Shown: positions 24,825 through 37,733 of the stretch, piece by piece
Layout of the letters: each line of letters starts with the position of its first letter
Numbering within the stretch: position 1 is the first letter of the stretch
Assembly: GCA_002269645.1 (NCBI GenBank)
Contig: NIVC01001935.1
Span: 62,001 to 126,000, forward strand
Source of the DNA: Macrostomum lignano
Taxonomy: Eukaryota
Direction: 5' to 3'
DNA length: 64,000 nt
The notes under the pieces: generated by a model
What the model was told of the DNA's origin: nothing
Seen by the model: the letters and a program-made list of their open reading frames with translations, nothing else
Databases searched by the model: none
Program-made: the position numbers and the translations under genes

Positions 24825-27230
24825 GGTGGTGCGAGAAAGTTTCAAGACTCAATGGGGAATTGCTTTGATGTCAAGGCTCATGGGGGAATCGTCGAATGGT
24901 ATGGCTATTGGGAGGATTGTAGAGATGAAGTTGTATTTACTTTTTATTCCAACATAAGCTATGCTAGGCACCACTTGGCACATAATCATAGTGCACAATG
25001 GGGTCCCTAATGTACATAGTGCATAACTTTTGTGGTAAGTTTGTCAAAAACAGAAATATTTGTTTATCTATAAATAACTTATATTCTTAAATCTTTAAAT
25101 TATATATTTATTGCATAGTTTTTGTATATATTAGGGCACAGAAATAATGGATAGAAGATGCATACAGTAGATTGTCTGACCAAAAAATTAATCTTGCATA
25201 TACCATGTTACTTTCTTATATTTATATCCCCTATTGGAATAAGTCTTCATTTTGCAGATTATCTTCATTTTACCTAGTTGCATAAGTAACAAATTTTTTC
25301 AGTCTTTTGCACAGGAGTATCCAAGCCACTTATTCCAATAGGGCTATGCAGGAGCAGCCCTTTGAAGTACCCTATGCGGTATCTGTGGGTTTTGGTGATT
25401 CTATTCCAATAAGATTTATATCTATATAAATATTAAAAATAAAAAAATTGAAAAAGGTTTAGCCCAATTTAAAATTTTTAATACTTAATCAATTTTCTAA
25501 AGTAAGGTGTTTTTGCTTAATCTAAAAAGCAAATAAGATTTAGAGGCATCTATTCTTCAATACCTATGCTTTTAGTTAATACCCCAGTTTACTTCTATAT
25601 ATATACAAGTAATATACTAAAAATTTTGGTATCTAAATTATAAATTAGAATTAGATACCAAAGTTAGAATTTAATAGATTCCTAATCTAAAACTAAATGC
25701 TTTATAATACTTATAACCTACTTTATAAATTAGTACATGATTTACTTAGGTAATGTAACTAAAATTTCTTCTCTAGGACCATAAAAATAGTTATTTTGCT
25801 TTCTACATATGGTGGCTATGAAAATAAGTTTTGCTATTTATACATTACATTAAGTAAAGACCCTAGGCCCAGATAGTGTCTTATGAGCTAACCCTAAAAT
25901 AACAATTTAAAAAAACTTTAAAATCTCATTGGAATCCTTGTGTATTAGGCATAAAATTGTTTTAGCATATCAAACTTTTATATAAAGCATATCATTTCTT
26001 GTGTGGTAGTGGCGGCTACCACGAAGGCTGAAAAGAAACTGTGGTGAATTGAATATTGCTCATTAAATTTTCCCCTTAATAATTTGCTCATCGATTTTGC
26101 CTTAAATTTTAATATTTGTGACTATTTCTCTAATATTTTCTTAACTTTGATTGTATTTTCTCGTTGGCATGATTTTCCATCATTTTCTGACGTCACGCCA
26201 ATTGTTGGCCCAGGCGCTACCCCACTTGGTGTTTTCACCCCCAAGTGGTGCCCCATCTGCGGCCCCAGGCGATGTAAATCTTTCTTTTGCTCATTTTGCC
26301 ATTTGTTCAAGTTATGGCCAGTAGAGGGGTCAGGTGGTGGTAAATGTTCATTCCACCCACTGATTCCCTGGGTGCCCTGCCCCCTGGCCAGATTGATTAT
26401 TATTTATATGGTGAAATGAATGCCCATTTTTTAGCTCTCTCTCTCTCTCTCTCTCTCTGGTTCATTTTCCCTCTTGTTAATCCCCGCTCTCCCTTCTCAG
26501 CTCTTTTGTTTTCTGCCTTTTGTATCGCTTGTTTGTTTGTTAGTGCATTAAACTTTATTTAGCCTATCCCGCACCAGCACGCCAGATTCATTATTGCGTA
26601 GGCCAGCTCTCAAAATTAGCAATAACTAAATTACTTATTCAGCATAAAGGGTTTTAAATAAACACAATTTAATAAAACTGACAGTTTGTTTATTAAGCCC
26701 ATAGCTTTATTTTGAGTCATTTGCCCGTAGGATGTAAAACAACCATAAGTTCTCACCTCAAAGAAAGCTCTGAGAATTTCAACGTTCCATAATACATAAA
26801 TTATGGTGGTGGCAGCAACTACCCTACTGACAGACGCGAGTTCAATATATTGACACATTAATTTATAGAGACTGAATCTCTAGAGTTTCTACAGTTGAAC
26901 GACCGTGCCACTCTACGACCACTCCGCTACGATTGAAACTACCCTCCCCACAGACTTGAGAACCTGGCAGCCGGAGTAAAATGAGATAGTTTTCCCGTTG
27001 TGATTTGTCTGCGCGATTTTCCAGTTTTATTCGTGCAAACTCAACATTGGCAGCAATTCAGACGTGGAATCTGCCTTACCTCACTGGTGTCAGCAAATAT
27101 TTCAAAACCCGAAAGTTCCAAGAAAACTTCTCCACCCCCACCTTACTTGCCATCTATCATTGGTACAATAAATTAATTGTTAATCAATAGAAAAACAAAG
27201 AAATATATATTTAGTGTTAATTAAATTAAT

Positions 27231-27733
27231 CTAGGCATAGGATATTAGGAATAGGAGAGGACAGTGGGGCCATAGCCTCCCTCCCTCCCTTACTTTTTAA
27301 AATAAGGGCAATAATACTACCTGGCTGCTCTATATTTTAAATGTAAAATGTACATATTTTGCTTATTTTTGGTTTTTGCTACTTTGCATAAATACATTTT
27401 GCTGCAAGGTGACAAAACATAGTGCCTGCAACACCAAAATAAGTGCCTGCAGCACTAAAATACATGCCTGCAGCACTAGAATAAGTGCCTACAATGCTAA
27501 AATGAGTACCTGTGGTGCTAAAACGAGTGCCTATGGCGCTAAAATGAGTGCTGACAAGTGCAGCACTTTATAAAATGAGTGCTGACAAGACAGATTCTGA
27601 AAATAATCAGTACATGATAATGTACATTTTCCATATAAAAAAATCAAACTTGACAGGGGCGTGTGCCCTGTGCACCCCCTTAAATCCGCCACTGAACCTG
27701 CCCCCCACTTTTTAAAATGTTCATATGCCTATG
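27231..27733. mobile_element. Possible degraded MITE / non-autonomous DNA element containing a degenerate 21-bp internal repeat
   Basis: Imperfect terminal inverted repeats CTAGGCATAGGA / TCATATGCCTATG; subterminal CCCCYACTTTTTAAAAT at both ends; internal AAAATAAGTGCCTGCAGCACT-type repeats at 27420-27590. Confidence 0.35.
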
Positions 27734-28467
27734 TATGAAATTAATAGTAGGTCTAAACAATTATCTTAAAACATATTCATTTTGATCATTTGATATTTAT
27801 ATTTTAGTGCATTTAAAGAATAAGAGGTTTGAATAGGCCCCTATAGACCCTATAATATCAGAAAAAATTTCGGTGCAGTGGTGAAGTGAATGCAAAAATA
27901 ATAATAAAAAGGTGCCAATTCTAATAGTATTGTAAGCAACTAGGTCTAGCTAGCCTAGCATACGCCATAGAAAATTGAGAGCGAATAATTTGAACTGTAT
28001 TTAACTACATTAACTTGCTTTACAATGAGTACAGGACTACAGATGCTCCCTGTTCTGTTCCCTGCATCCGTCAAGCAGTGAGAGGGATAGATAACACATC
28101 TTTCGACTTTCGTAGCTCGGAAGTCATGGACTTAACGACGCGCTATACACCGGTCAAAATTTATTTCTTTTACTTTCTGTAAGTACGCGAAATAGCTGGT
28201 TCTAACACTTTTTGGCTATGATGAAAGTCTTTTACTATGAGTTTGCGGTTTAAACTGTTTATTTTACTTAACATTTGTTTTACGTAAAACATGTATAAAC
28301 GAGAGGTTTTGACTTAGCAAAATTAAATAATTTCTGCAATACTTTTGGTTGAATGAACGAACGAGCACGAGTCCCATCCCGTAGGTAGAAATATAAAATT
28401 GTCGTGCTGATATCCGACTAGCATACTATCACAATATCGTGCTTATCATATTTTCTTCGAGGTCAGA

Positions 28468-31400
28468 ATGGAAAATAGCACTTGTCTGCTATTTCCCCTT
28501 GAACCACAAAAATGTGTACGTTTTTTATAATTCTTATGATTTGTGTTTATTGTCTTGAATTGAACTCTGATAGTCTGATACTTCCATATTCGTTGAATTA
28601 TTCTTGATCTTTAGGGCTTGATTTTCACCTCGGGTTTCGGGCAGTTGGGAAGCTAGAAACTGGAATTAAATGAGTAGAACATTTAATGCAGTCTTCTAAA
28701 TTAAATAGTAAAAGGAAAATACTTTTTTACTTCTTCGACTTTTTTGGCTATTTTGGACTTAATTTTATCAATTAGCATCAATATTTCATTTTAGACCACG
28801 ATCGTCACTATTAAAAGGGTTAATGCTACATTTTCGATAGCATTCTGGTAAGTGGGTTTTTTCGAGATTGTGACAAAATACCTCATTGAATATTTTTTAT
28901 TCAATCATTTCATTCTGTTCCTCCATATACTTTCATTGTACTGTTCAACTATTTTGCAGCATTCTGATGTTATTTATGATATGGCTATTCAAATTCTACA
29001 AGCTTTTTGTATATCGACTCATCACCTACCTAACTATTGCAACTCTGTTTGATTGCATTATTTATCTTTTGGTAAGCAACTTGTTTGGTTGTACTTTACT
29101 ATACTAGCTAAGCTTCAATTTTGGCATGGTATTAACTGGAGTATTTTGCCTTATTTCAGGGTGAGCCACAGGAAGACAGTGCAACATGCTTGTTTGAAGG
29201 CTTCTGGCTTACTTACTCAGGTCTGGTGCCACTACTGTGCCATTTCTAAGTACACCATGTTGGCACTAATATATATAATATATACTAATATATGAAAACA
29301 ATCTCAATTCTCTCTGCAGATTGGAATGTTGTTCTGTGGATTGTCTTCATTACCATTTACCTGTTTCTAGTCACCGTGAAGTCTATTAAAACTGATCGAT
29401 TCGAATGGTATGGCATTTTTACACTCAAATTCGTTTATTGCACCAACTGTGCTATCATAGATAGTCTATACATGCAGTTCATTAGAAATACATAACTGAA
29501 CCGCTTAGCTTTGAAACAACAGTTTTAACGTCATATACAATTAACTGCATATTTCATTAGTACGGGTATCCACTGACTGCTTCACACTTTTGGTGGTCTC
29601 GTATGAATACTGAGTCACTACCCAATGTCATGTTCAACTGCACAGCACGTTTAAACATGGCAACGTGCTAAAAGCTTTAAGTTGCACACTGCGTCGTTTT
29701 TGCATTAATAGCATGTCCTGCTGCATTTAGCCACAACACTGCTCCTGACTTCCAATCGTTTTTCAAAAGTTAGCAAATAAATTATTTCGATTACAAACTA
29801 CTTTTCGAATAGTATGTTTAAAATATTCATTAAAACAGCTGGGCGAACAACTCTGAATCAAACTGGTTAAAACGGAGGGTCTGATGACTCTGTAACACCA
29901 TTTTGCATCCTGAGTTCTGTTAACCCTGTCGCAGGGTTTACGTCGTCACGGGTTTCCTGCTGCCGGTTCTGCCCGCCTCGCTGCCCTTCGCCGGGTCGGC
30001 CTACGGGCCCGCCGGCGCCTGGTGCTGGATCACCGACACCGCCTGGCGAATGGCCGTGTGGTTCGTGCCCGTGCTGCTGCTGCTGCTGGCCATCCTGACC
30101 GTGTACATCATCATCTTGACTCGGATTCGTCGACGTACCACCACTTGGTCTGGGATGTACGGCGAGGAGTCCGCGGCGGCGGTTGCTACAGCCGCTGTTC
30201 AGCTGCAGGAGCAGCTGTACCCCCTGCTGGCCTATCCGTGCATCTTCCTGGCGCTCAACCTGCTGCCCTTTGTCAACAGGATCAACAATGCGGCCTCCGC
30301 TGAGCCGAGCTTCGTTCTGTACCTGCTGAGTGCGGTCAGCTCTCCGCTTATTGGTGCGTTTGGAGGCTGCTTGACTGAGCTGTGCTTCAGGTGGAATCTG
30401 CCAGGTGTTTGAGGTGTCCTGCGTGCTTGACTGAGCTGTGCTTCAGGTGGAATCTGCCAGGTGTTTGAGGTGTCCTGCGTGCTTGACTGAGCTGTGCTTC
30501 AGGTGGAATCTGCCAGGTGCTTGAGGTGTCCTGCGTGCTTGACTGAGCTGTGCTTCAGGTGGAATCTGCCAGGTGTTTGAGGTGTCCTGCGTGCTTGACT
30601 GAGCTGTGCTTCAGGTGGAATCTGCCAGGTGTTTGAGGTGTCCTGCGTGCTTGACTGAGCTGTGCTTCAGGTGGAATCTGCCAGGTGCTTGAGGTGTCCT
30701 GCGTGCTTGACTGAGCTGTGCTTCAGGTGGAATCTGCCAGGTGTTTGAGGTGTCCTGCGTGCTTGACTGAGCTGTGCTTCAGGTGGAATCTGCCAGGTGC
30801 TTGAGGTGTCCTGCGTGCTTGACTGAGCTGTGCTTCAGGTGGAATCTGCCAGGTGTTTGAGGTGTCCAGTGTGCTTGACTAAGCTGTGCTTCAGGTGGAA
30901 TCTGCCAGGTGTTTGAGGTGTCCTGTGTGCTTGACTGAGCTGTGCTTCAGGTGGAATCTGCCAGGTGTTTGAGGTGTCCTGCGTGCTTGACTGAGCTGTG
31001 CTTCAGGTGGAATCTGCCAGGTGTTTGAGGTGTCCTGCGTGCTTGACTGAGCTGTGCTTCAGGTGGAATCTGCCAGGTGTTTGAGGTGTCCAGTGTGCTT
31101 GACTAAGCTGTGCTTCAGGTGGAATCTGCCAGGTGTTTGAGGTGTCCTGTGTGCTTGACTGAGCTGTGCTTCAGGTGGAATCTGCCAGGTGTTTGAGGTG
31201 TCCTGCGTGCTTGACTGAGCTGTGCTTCAGGTGGAATCTTCCAGATGTTTGAGGTGTCCTGCGTGCTTGACTGAGCTGTGCTTCAGGTGGAATCTGCCAG
31301 GTGTTTGAGGTGTCCTGCGTACTGTTTTTGCTGTACTGCGGTTTGAGTTCGTGGTAGTATACTCGAAGTGTACCTGTGGATTTATAAGTTCAACTAATTT

Positions 31401-31817
31401 TCTCAACTTCGGCAGGCACCATCAATTTTATTTTGTTCTACGTGAATCCGGCAGTAAGAAAGAAGGTCACCCGGTTGGCTATTTTGGTGAGCTTCGCCTT
31501 GCAAATTGCACTACTGTTAGTAGCAATCAGGAAATAAAACTACTAAGTAATTCGTCTTGCATCTGCAGCAGCGGCTTCGCACTGGCGGCCGTCAGACGGA
31601 GAGCGTCGTTCAAGAGTACAACGCAGACGGCGACGGTGGCCAGGGCGGCGGGATGATGGACATCGCCACCTCGACGCTGACCTTCTCCAGGTTTCAAAAC
31701 GAAGCCGTGGACGACCAGTCGCAGCTGCAGCAGCCGCCGCTGCAGCACCGGCTGGCCGAGGGCGAGGAGCAGCGGGCGAGTTCCGTCGGCTTGCGGCCGG
31801 CCACGGACCGCTACTGA
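28468..31817 (+). CDS. 7TM receptor of the cAMP-receptor-like / GCR1 / GPR157-related group, 366 aa, complete
   Basis: Exons 28468-28515, 28795-28847, 28960-29071, 29160-29220, 29320-29407, 29935-30353, 31416-31486, 31569-31817; all phases match, 1101 nt. Seven hydrophobic segments; YKLFVYRLITYL (ICL1/TM2), ATCLFEGF (TM3 Cys), YGPAGAWCWI (ECL2), YPCIF...VNRI (TM6), LIGTINFILFY (TM7) resemble Dictyostelium CAR / plant GCR1 patterns. Confidence 0.85.
30369..31321. repeat. 56-bp minisatellite, 17 copies, 7TM-gene intron 6
   Basis: Unit GCTTGACTGAGCTGTGCTTCAGGTGGAATCTGCCAGGTGTTTGAGGTGTCCTGCGT; period 56 confirmed at 30369/30425. Confidence 0.96.
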
Positions 31818-31899
31818 CCGACTGCCGCTCGTGATCGGCTTGGCTCGCCGTGCCGTGATGGATTTGAAGGATTCATCTGCAATCAATGTGCTGCCTGAT

Positions 31900-32395
31900 T
31901 ATCTGACTCCCTGACCCCCTGACCTCCTGACTCCCTGACCCCTGACTCCCTGACCCCCTGACCTCCTGACTCCCTGACCCCTGACCCCCTGACCTCCTGA
32001 CTCCCTGACCCCTGACTCCCTGACTCCCTGACCCCTGACTCCCTGACCCCCTGACCTCCTGACTCCCTGACCCCCTGACCTCCTGACTCCCTGACCCCTG
32101 ACCCCTGACTCCCTGACCCCCTGACCTCCTGACTCCCTGACCCCTGACTCCCTGACCCCCTGACCTCCTGACTCCCTGACCCCTGACCCCCTGACCTCCT
32201 GACTCCCTGACCCCCTGACCTCCTGACTCCCTGACCCCTGACTCCCTGACCCCCTGACCTCCTGACTCCCTGACCCCTGACTCCCTGACCTCCTGACTCC
32301 CTGACTCCTTGACTCCCTGACCTCCTGACTCCCTGACCCCCTGACTCCCTGACCTCCTGACTCCCTGCTGACCCCCTGACTCCCTGACCCCCTGG
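31900..32395. repeat. Low-complexity CTGACTCC/CTGACCCC repeat just 3' of the 7TM stop codon
   Basis: Read directly. Confidence 0.9.
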
Positions 32396-33133
32396 TATGC
32401 CTGAGCTCCTCAGATAGTCAGTTGGCCTCCCAAAAGTTGCTAAATGGCGCAGTTGACCAAAAAAAATCAACAAGAACAAATGCTATCTATAATTATACAA
32501 ACTTAGATTTCAACACGTGCCTTGATTTCCACTTCCATTGTCCATAAAAACTCAGCTTCTTGTTGTTTGCAACATTAAGAAAGTTTCCTAAGCCGGAGAC
32601 CAAAGTGCATCGGCGCTTCTACATTCCAAACACGCACATTTTTACTAAATTAATTGCCGTCTTTCAAGCAAAGCGGGTTTTCATTTTTAGCTTTTGTGCG
32701 TTAGGATTCCTTACAACTGCCCATCAATAAGTTAATACTTCATAATTTGTTGCTTCGTTTGTGAATTCCCGCCTTATCTATTCAGAGCCCCTCAGCTCAA
32801 CAATTTGCTTATTAACTGCATGTGCCTCGATTTTTGCACCTGTTTTGACTGCTTTTTTAAGCTATGCGGATTATATGAATTATTGCAGCGTCACTATACG
32901 GACCAATAAGAGCAGATTGTGCTCATTATCGCAAATGCTGAGAAAATTACGAGCGTAATAAGCGAAATTAAATTTTATAAAACTTTAGATTTTGAGCAAG
33001 AAAACATCAATTTTTCATGTTTTTCTGTTTGCAGTCTTTAGAGCAGTACCTGTTGATTGTGGATCGGATGTATCAGGATAGGATAGATCCAAGCAAGTTT
33101 TCTTTTTGTCTAAGCCGTTACCCCTTATATTGG

Positions 33134-33540
33134 GGATTGGCTAGGGTACAGATAAGGGGAGGTGGGGATTGGCTAGGGTACAGATAAGGGGAGGTGGGGA
33201 TTGGCTAGGGTACAGATAAGGGGAGGTGGGGATTGGCTAGGGTACAGATAAGGGGAGGTGGGGATTGGCTAGGGTACAGATAAGGGGAGGTGGGGATTGG
33301 CTAGGGTACAGATAAGGGGAGGTGGGGATTGGCTAGGGTACAGATAAGGGGAGGTGGGGTTGGCTGGCGTACAGAAAAGAGGAGGTGGGGTTTGGCTGGG
33401 GTACAGATAAGGCGTGGGGGGTTGACTAGGCACAGATAAGGAGCGGTGGGGGTTGGCTAGGCACAGATAAGGAGCGGTGGGGGTTGGCTAGGGTACAGAT
33501 AAGGAGCGGTGGGGGTTGGCTAGGGTACATATAAGGGAAA
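33134..33540. repeat. 32-bp minisatellite (GGATTGGCTAGGGTACAGATAAGGGGAGGTGG), degenerating towards the 3' end
   Basis: Period 32 confirmed at 33134/33166; the intact units have a CCAAT box and a WGATAR motif. Confidence 0.9.
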
Positions 33541-34952
33541 GGGGAAAAGAGAAGAGTGGAAGGAGAGGATTGGACAACATTAGAAAGGAGATAAGACAGA
33601 GGAACTAAGAAGTTGAGTGCAGATGAACCCCTAGGAGGCAAAAATTAACCTCATTACCCCCTATCGAACACACGCTGGCTGGACCCAGCACAAAATTTTA
33701 ATCTCTTATGGTGCTAAAGATTTTCAGTTGTCTCTCCGTCTCGCACACTGCGTCATTTATTGCAATATTTGGCATTCCCTTCAGCCGACTGTAACCTAAT
33801 GTTGCCGCTTTGCTTTTGCCATTATATAATATGAAGGAGTGTCTCAATACGAGTATGCCACTATACTTGTGCGCTTTTTTAAATACAAAAATAATTAGAA
33901 GCATTACGTTGGTCATCAAATATTGCAGTGAAAGTGTCCAATTGAAGTACTGAGTCGCTTTGTTTCAATTTCCTAAACAATTAGTGAACTGTTTTTAAGA
34001 ATAAAAGTACACTTGCAAGTCGGGATAAAAATTTCCAAATTCCCAATATGTCATCATCTGGGCCTTTGAATACCAGATGAAGCACATTCACGGAGATAGG
34101 ATATTGTAAACTTAGTGCTACATGGAGGAGAGAAATATTCTGGTAAAATATTCTAAACAATACGATCAACAAGCCCGATTTGCTACTTGCGCACTTTAAA
34201 CTGAGTAGTATGAGCAGCAAGAGAGATTTACGATGGAAATTTACGTTTATGATTTTTTATTGAAAAAACCATGAGGCATGACACGCATCGGCAGATCCCG
34301 AGTCAAAGGTTCTGCTTGGTCGCTACTGTGTCACTTGGGGCTTTAGCAAAATAAATTCATAACCGCAAACTTCAAAGAATCCAATTGTCAGGGAGGAATT
34401 CATATTCAGTATTGGGCGGAAAGAGCTGTTCCTACACAATGGCTGCGGGAGCAGATTATACAATAGACAGATGGGAAGATCAAGCGGTGTTTATCTATGA
34501 AATTTGAGAACTTCATGATATGTCAGACAGTCAGTTAGGTGGCGGGGGACTCGCCCGACTCAGCTGAGTTTGAGTCAACAGAGTCGCTAAGCTAGGGGGG
34601 ACGGTGTGCTGAGCAGCTTGAGCACACATCGCAGGGTTGACCATTTTTTTCTGAGTTTACCTTGGGGAGACGAATAGAGAAGGAGAGGGGGAGTCTGAAT
34701 GAAAGACTTTTTTGCGGGCTGCCCCATCTCTACTCTCCGCAGTTTTTGTGTGCGCAAGCGGCTGCTGTGCAGCAAAAATCGCCCAGCGTCTCTCTGAAAT
34801 CCCTCCAGCTCTCACCTGGGCACACACTGGAGGTGGGGCCTCCCGCCCCGGCCACTGGGCTTGCAGATGGCGGCCGCGGCAGCAGCCACCCCAAAAAACC
34901 AGCCGCCGGAAGCCGCCTCCGCGCTTCCACAGTCTAAGAGGGCCAGCCAGCA

Positions 34953-37733
34953 ATGAGCTGCTGCTTTTGCTTCTGGAAGCAATTTTATCCCTACCGTAAG
35001 TCCCTCCCGGGCAGTTGCTGCCGCTGCTGTCAGCCCCTCTGCTGCTGGAAGAAACGAAGAAACGTCAGATGCCGCTCTCGTCGTCTCAACAGCAGCAGCG
35101 GCACCCGCTGCGACACCACCGGAGAGCCGCTTCAGCCGCGTCGGCAGCCGCCGTCCCCAGCCTGGCCGGCGCCATTCAGCGCGGCTGCTTCGCCGAGGCC
35201 CGCCACCTGCTGGACCTGCCGGAGGGCAGCGACGCCGCGGACCAGCCGGAGCCCGCGGAGGGCCGCACGCCGCTGATTTTGTGCGCGTTGATCCGCGACT
35301 CCGCCTGGGCGGTCAGCCTGGCGCGCCAGCTGCTGGAACGCGGCGCCAGAGTCGGCGCCAGAGACGCGCGCCGCGGCATGAACGCGCTGCACTACGCGTG
35401 CGCCTGCGGTCGGGTGCAGCTGGCGCGGCTGTTCCTGCAGGCCATCGACTTCCGGGTGCGCGGCCTGACTGTCTTTGATGGCTTTGGCTCTCGCGCCCTG
35501 GTTCGATGCTGTGCGCGGGGGGGGGGTTGTCTTGCTATTCACAGCAATGAGGGCCAACCCCAAGGCGGGGGGGTTGTCTTGCTATTCACAGCAATGAGGG
35601 CCAACCCCCAAGGCGGGGAGGTTGTCTTGCTATTCACAGCAATGAGGGCCAACCCCAAGGCGGGGAGGTTGTCGTGCAATTCACAGCAATGAGGGCCAAC
35701 CCCAAGGCTTCAATCCCTGAGGGGTTGTCGTGCAATTCACAGCAATGAGGGCCAACCTCCAAGGCTTCAATCCCTGAGGGGTTGTCGTGCAATTCACAGC
35801 AATGAGGGCCAACCTCCAAGGCTTCAATCCCTGAGGGGTTGTCGTGCAATTCACAGCAATGAGGGCCAACCTCCAAGGCTTCAATCCCTGGGGAGGGGGT
35901 TGTCGTGCGATTCACAGCAATGAGGGCCAACCCCAAGGCTTCAATCCCTGGGGAGGGGGTTGTCGTGCAATTCACAGCAATGAGGGCCAACCCCAAGGCT
36001 TCAATCCCTGGGGAGGGGGTTGTCGTGTAATTCACAGCAATGAGGGCCAACCCCAAGGCTTCAATCCCTGAGGGGTTGTCGTGCGATTCACAGCAATGAG
36101 GGCCAACCTCCAAGGCTTCAATCCCTGGGGAGGGGGTTGTCGTGCGATTCACAGCAATGAGGGCCAACCTCCAAGGCTTCAATCCCTGGGGAGGGGGTTG
36201 TCGTGCGATTCACAGCAATGAGGGCCAACCTCCAAGGCTTCAATCCCTCCATTTTTAACTGCCCCCAGCATTCATGACATTCTTCTGGAAAAAACTTTTT
36301 CAGCTGGACGCCGTCGACCGATGGGGCAACTCGCCGATGCACTTCGCCGCCATGTCGGCCAGCAACTCCGGCCAGCTGTTGCGCCTCCTGAGCGCCGCCC
36401 TGCGCCGCTACCAGCTGCCCGCCGAGACCGCCAACAGGGCCGGCCTCACGCCGCTCGGCCTGGCCAGAGCCTGCGACCGGCGGGAGGCGACACGGGTGCT
36501 CGAGGAGCTGCAGGAGCTTCAGGACGTTCGGCAGCCCTCGGGTTGGAATTTGAGGGGATTGCTAATCTAGTCAATCACAGATTTTTACGGATACAGTGGG
36601 TTGCTTATTGATCCCATAGATAAATAGTCTAGATAATCAGGATTGCCTGTCCTGACTCTCAGGGGCTCGTAGCCAGTCCTGACTCTCAGGGCCTCGTAGC
36701 CAGTACTGACTCTCAGGGGCTCGTAGCCAGTCCTGACTCTCAAGTCTCAGGGGCTCGTAGCCAGTCCTGACTCTCAGGGGCTCGTAGCCAGTCCTGACTC
36801 AATTTTTGCTCAACTTCGCACTACCGAATCTCCTTGACGCAGGCTGCCTGTCCAGCTTCAACGCTGCCTCATCGGCGGCAGCGGCGTCGGCCTCCGTGGC
36901 CAGCATGTTCAGGCCGTGCGATTCCGACTTCATCGTGGCGGCGGGGTCTCCGCCTGACCGGGCGCCAACGGGCGCCTCCGAAGCCGCGCCAGCGGGCGAA
37001 CCCGAGGGTGAGTGCCGCACCATCTCGTTTGGGGTTGCGCCACCTCATTTTGGTGGGTGGCGCCATTTCATTTTGGTGGGTGGCGCCATTTCATTTGCTG
37101 GGTGGCGCCATTTCATTTTGGTTCGGTGGCGCCATTTTATTTTGGTGGGTGGCGCCATTTTATTTTGGTGGGTGGCGCCATTTAATTTGGTAGGTGGCGC
37201 CGTTTCCTTTCTCCCACTCTTCCTCCCCTTCCATATTCTCAGCTGGTCGAGCCCGCAGCGCCGCCCGCAGCCGTACCACCTCCGCAGGCGGGCGCTGCCC
37301 CAGCGCCAAGCGCGACATCCCCCGCCTGTTCCACAACTTCGAGTTCCACTGCTCGCCGCTGTACCGGCCGCCGCCGCGGGCCCCGGACCCCAGCCTGTAC
37401 GCCACCGACTTCTTCCTGCGCTTCCAGCCGCCGCCTCTGCCGCCTTCGCAGCAGCACCGGCCGGGCGGAGACGGCGGCGGCGGCAGTGGAGACCCGGCGA
37501 ATGGCGCCGACGCGCCTCACGGGAGGCGCCGTCGCGAGGGCGTCTCGGGTGCGGCGGCGGGCAGCGCGCCGGCATCCAGACGGTCGAAGCGCAGCTCCAC
37601 AGCCACGGCGGCTTCGCTGACAACGGCGAGCTCCGCCGCGGCCGGCGCTGGAGGAGAGGTCGTGGGTTCGAGTCGCCGACGCCCGGGCCGAATCAGCCGG
37701 GTGGCCTTCAACCGAGACGATGCTCAGCCGTGA
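34953..37733 (+). CDS. Ankyrin-repeat protein, ANKRD63/ANKRD34-like
   Basis: Exons 34953-34995 (tentative; otherwise start at ATG 35069), 35034-35455, 36304-36541, 36843-37007, 37243-37733; 1359 nt in frame. ANK motifs GRTPLILC...RQLLERGA, GMNALHYAC, DRWGNSPMHFAA, NRAGLTPLGLA. Confidence 0.85.
35520..36248. repeat. ~57-65-bp minisatellite (core GGGGTTGTCGTGCAATTCACAGCAATGAGGGCCAACC), ankyrin-gene intron
   Basis: Tandem unit read directly. Confidence 0.92.
36645..36800. repeat. 27-bp minisatellite (GCCAGTCCTGACTCTCAGGGGCTCGTA), ankyrin-gene intron
   Basis: About 5.5 copies. Confidence 0.88.
37040..37200. repeat. ~22-bp minisatellite (GGTGGCGCCATTTTATTTTGGTG), ankyrin-gene intron
   Basis: About 7 copies. 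Confidence 0.85.
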
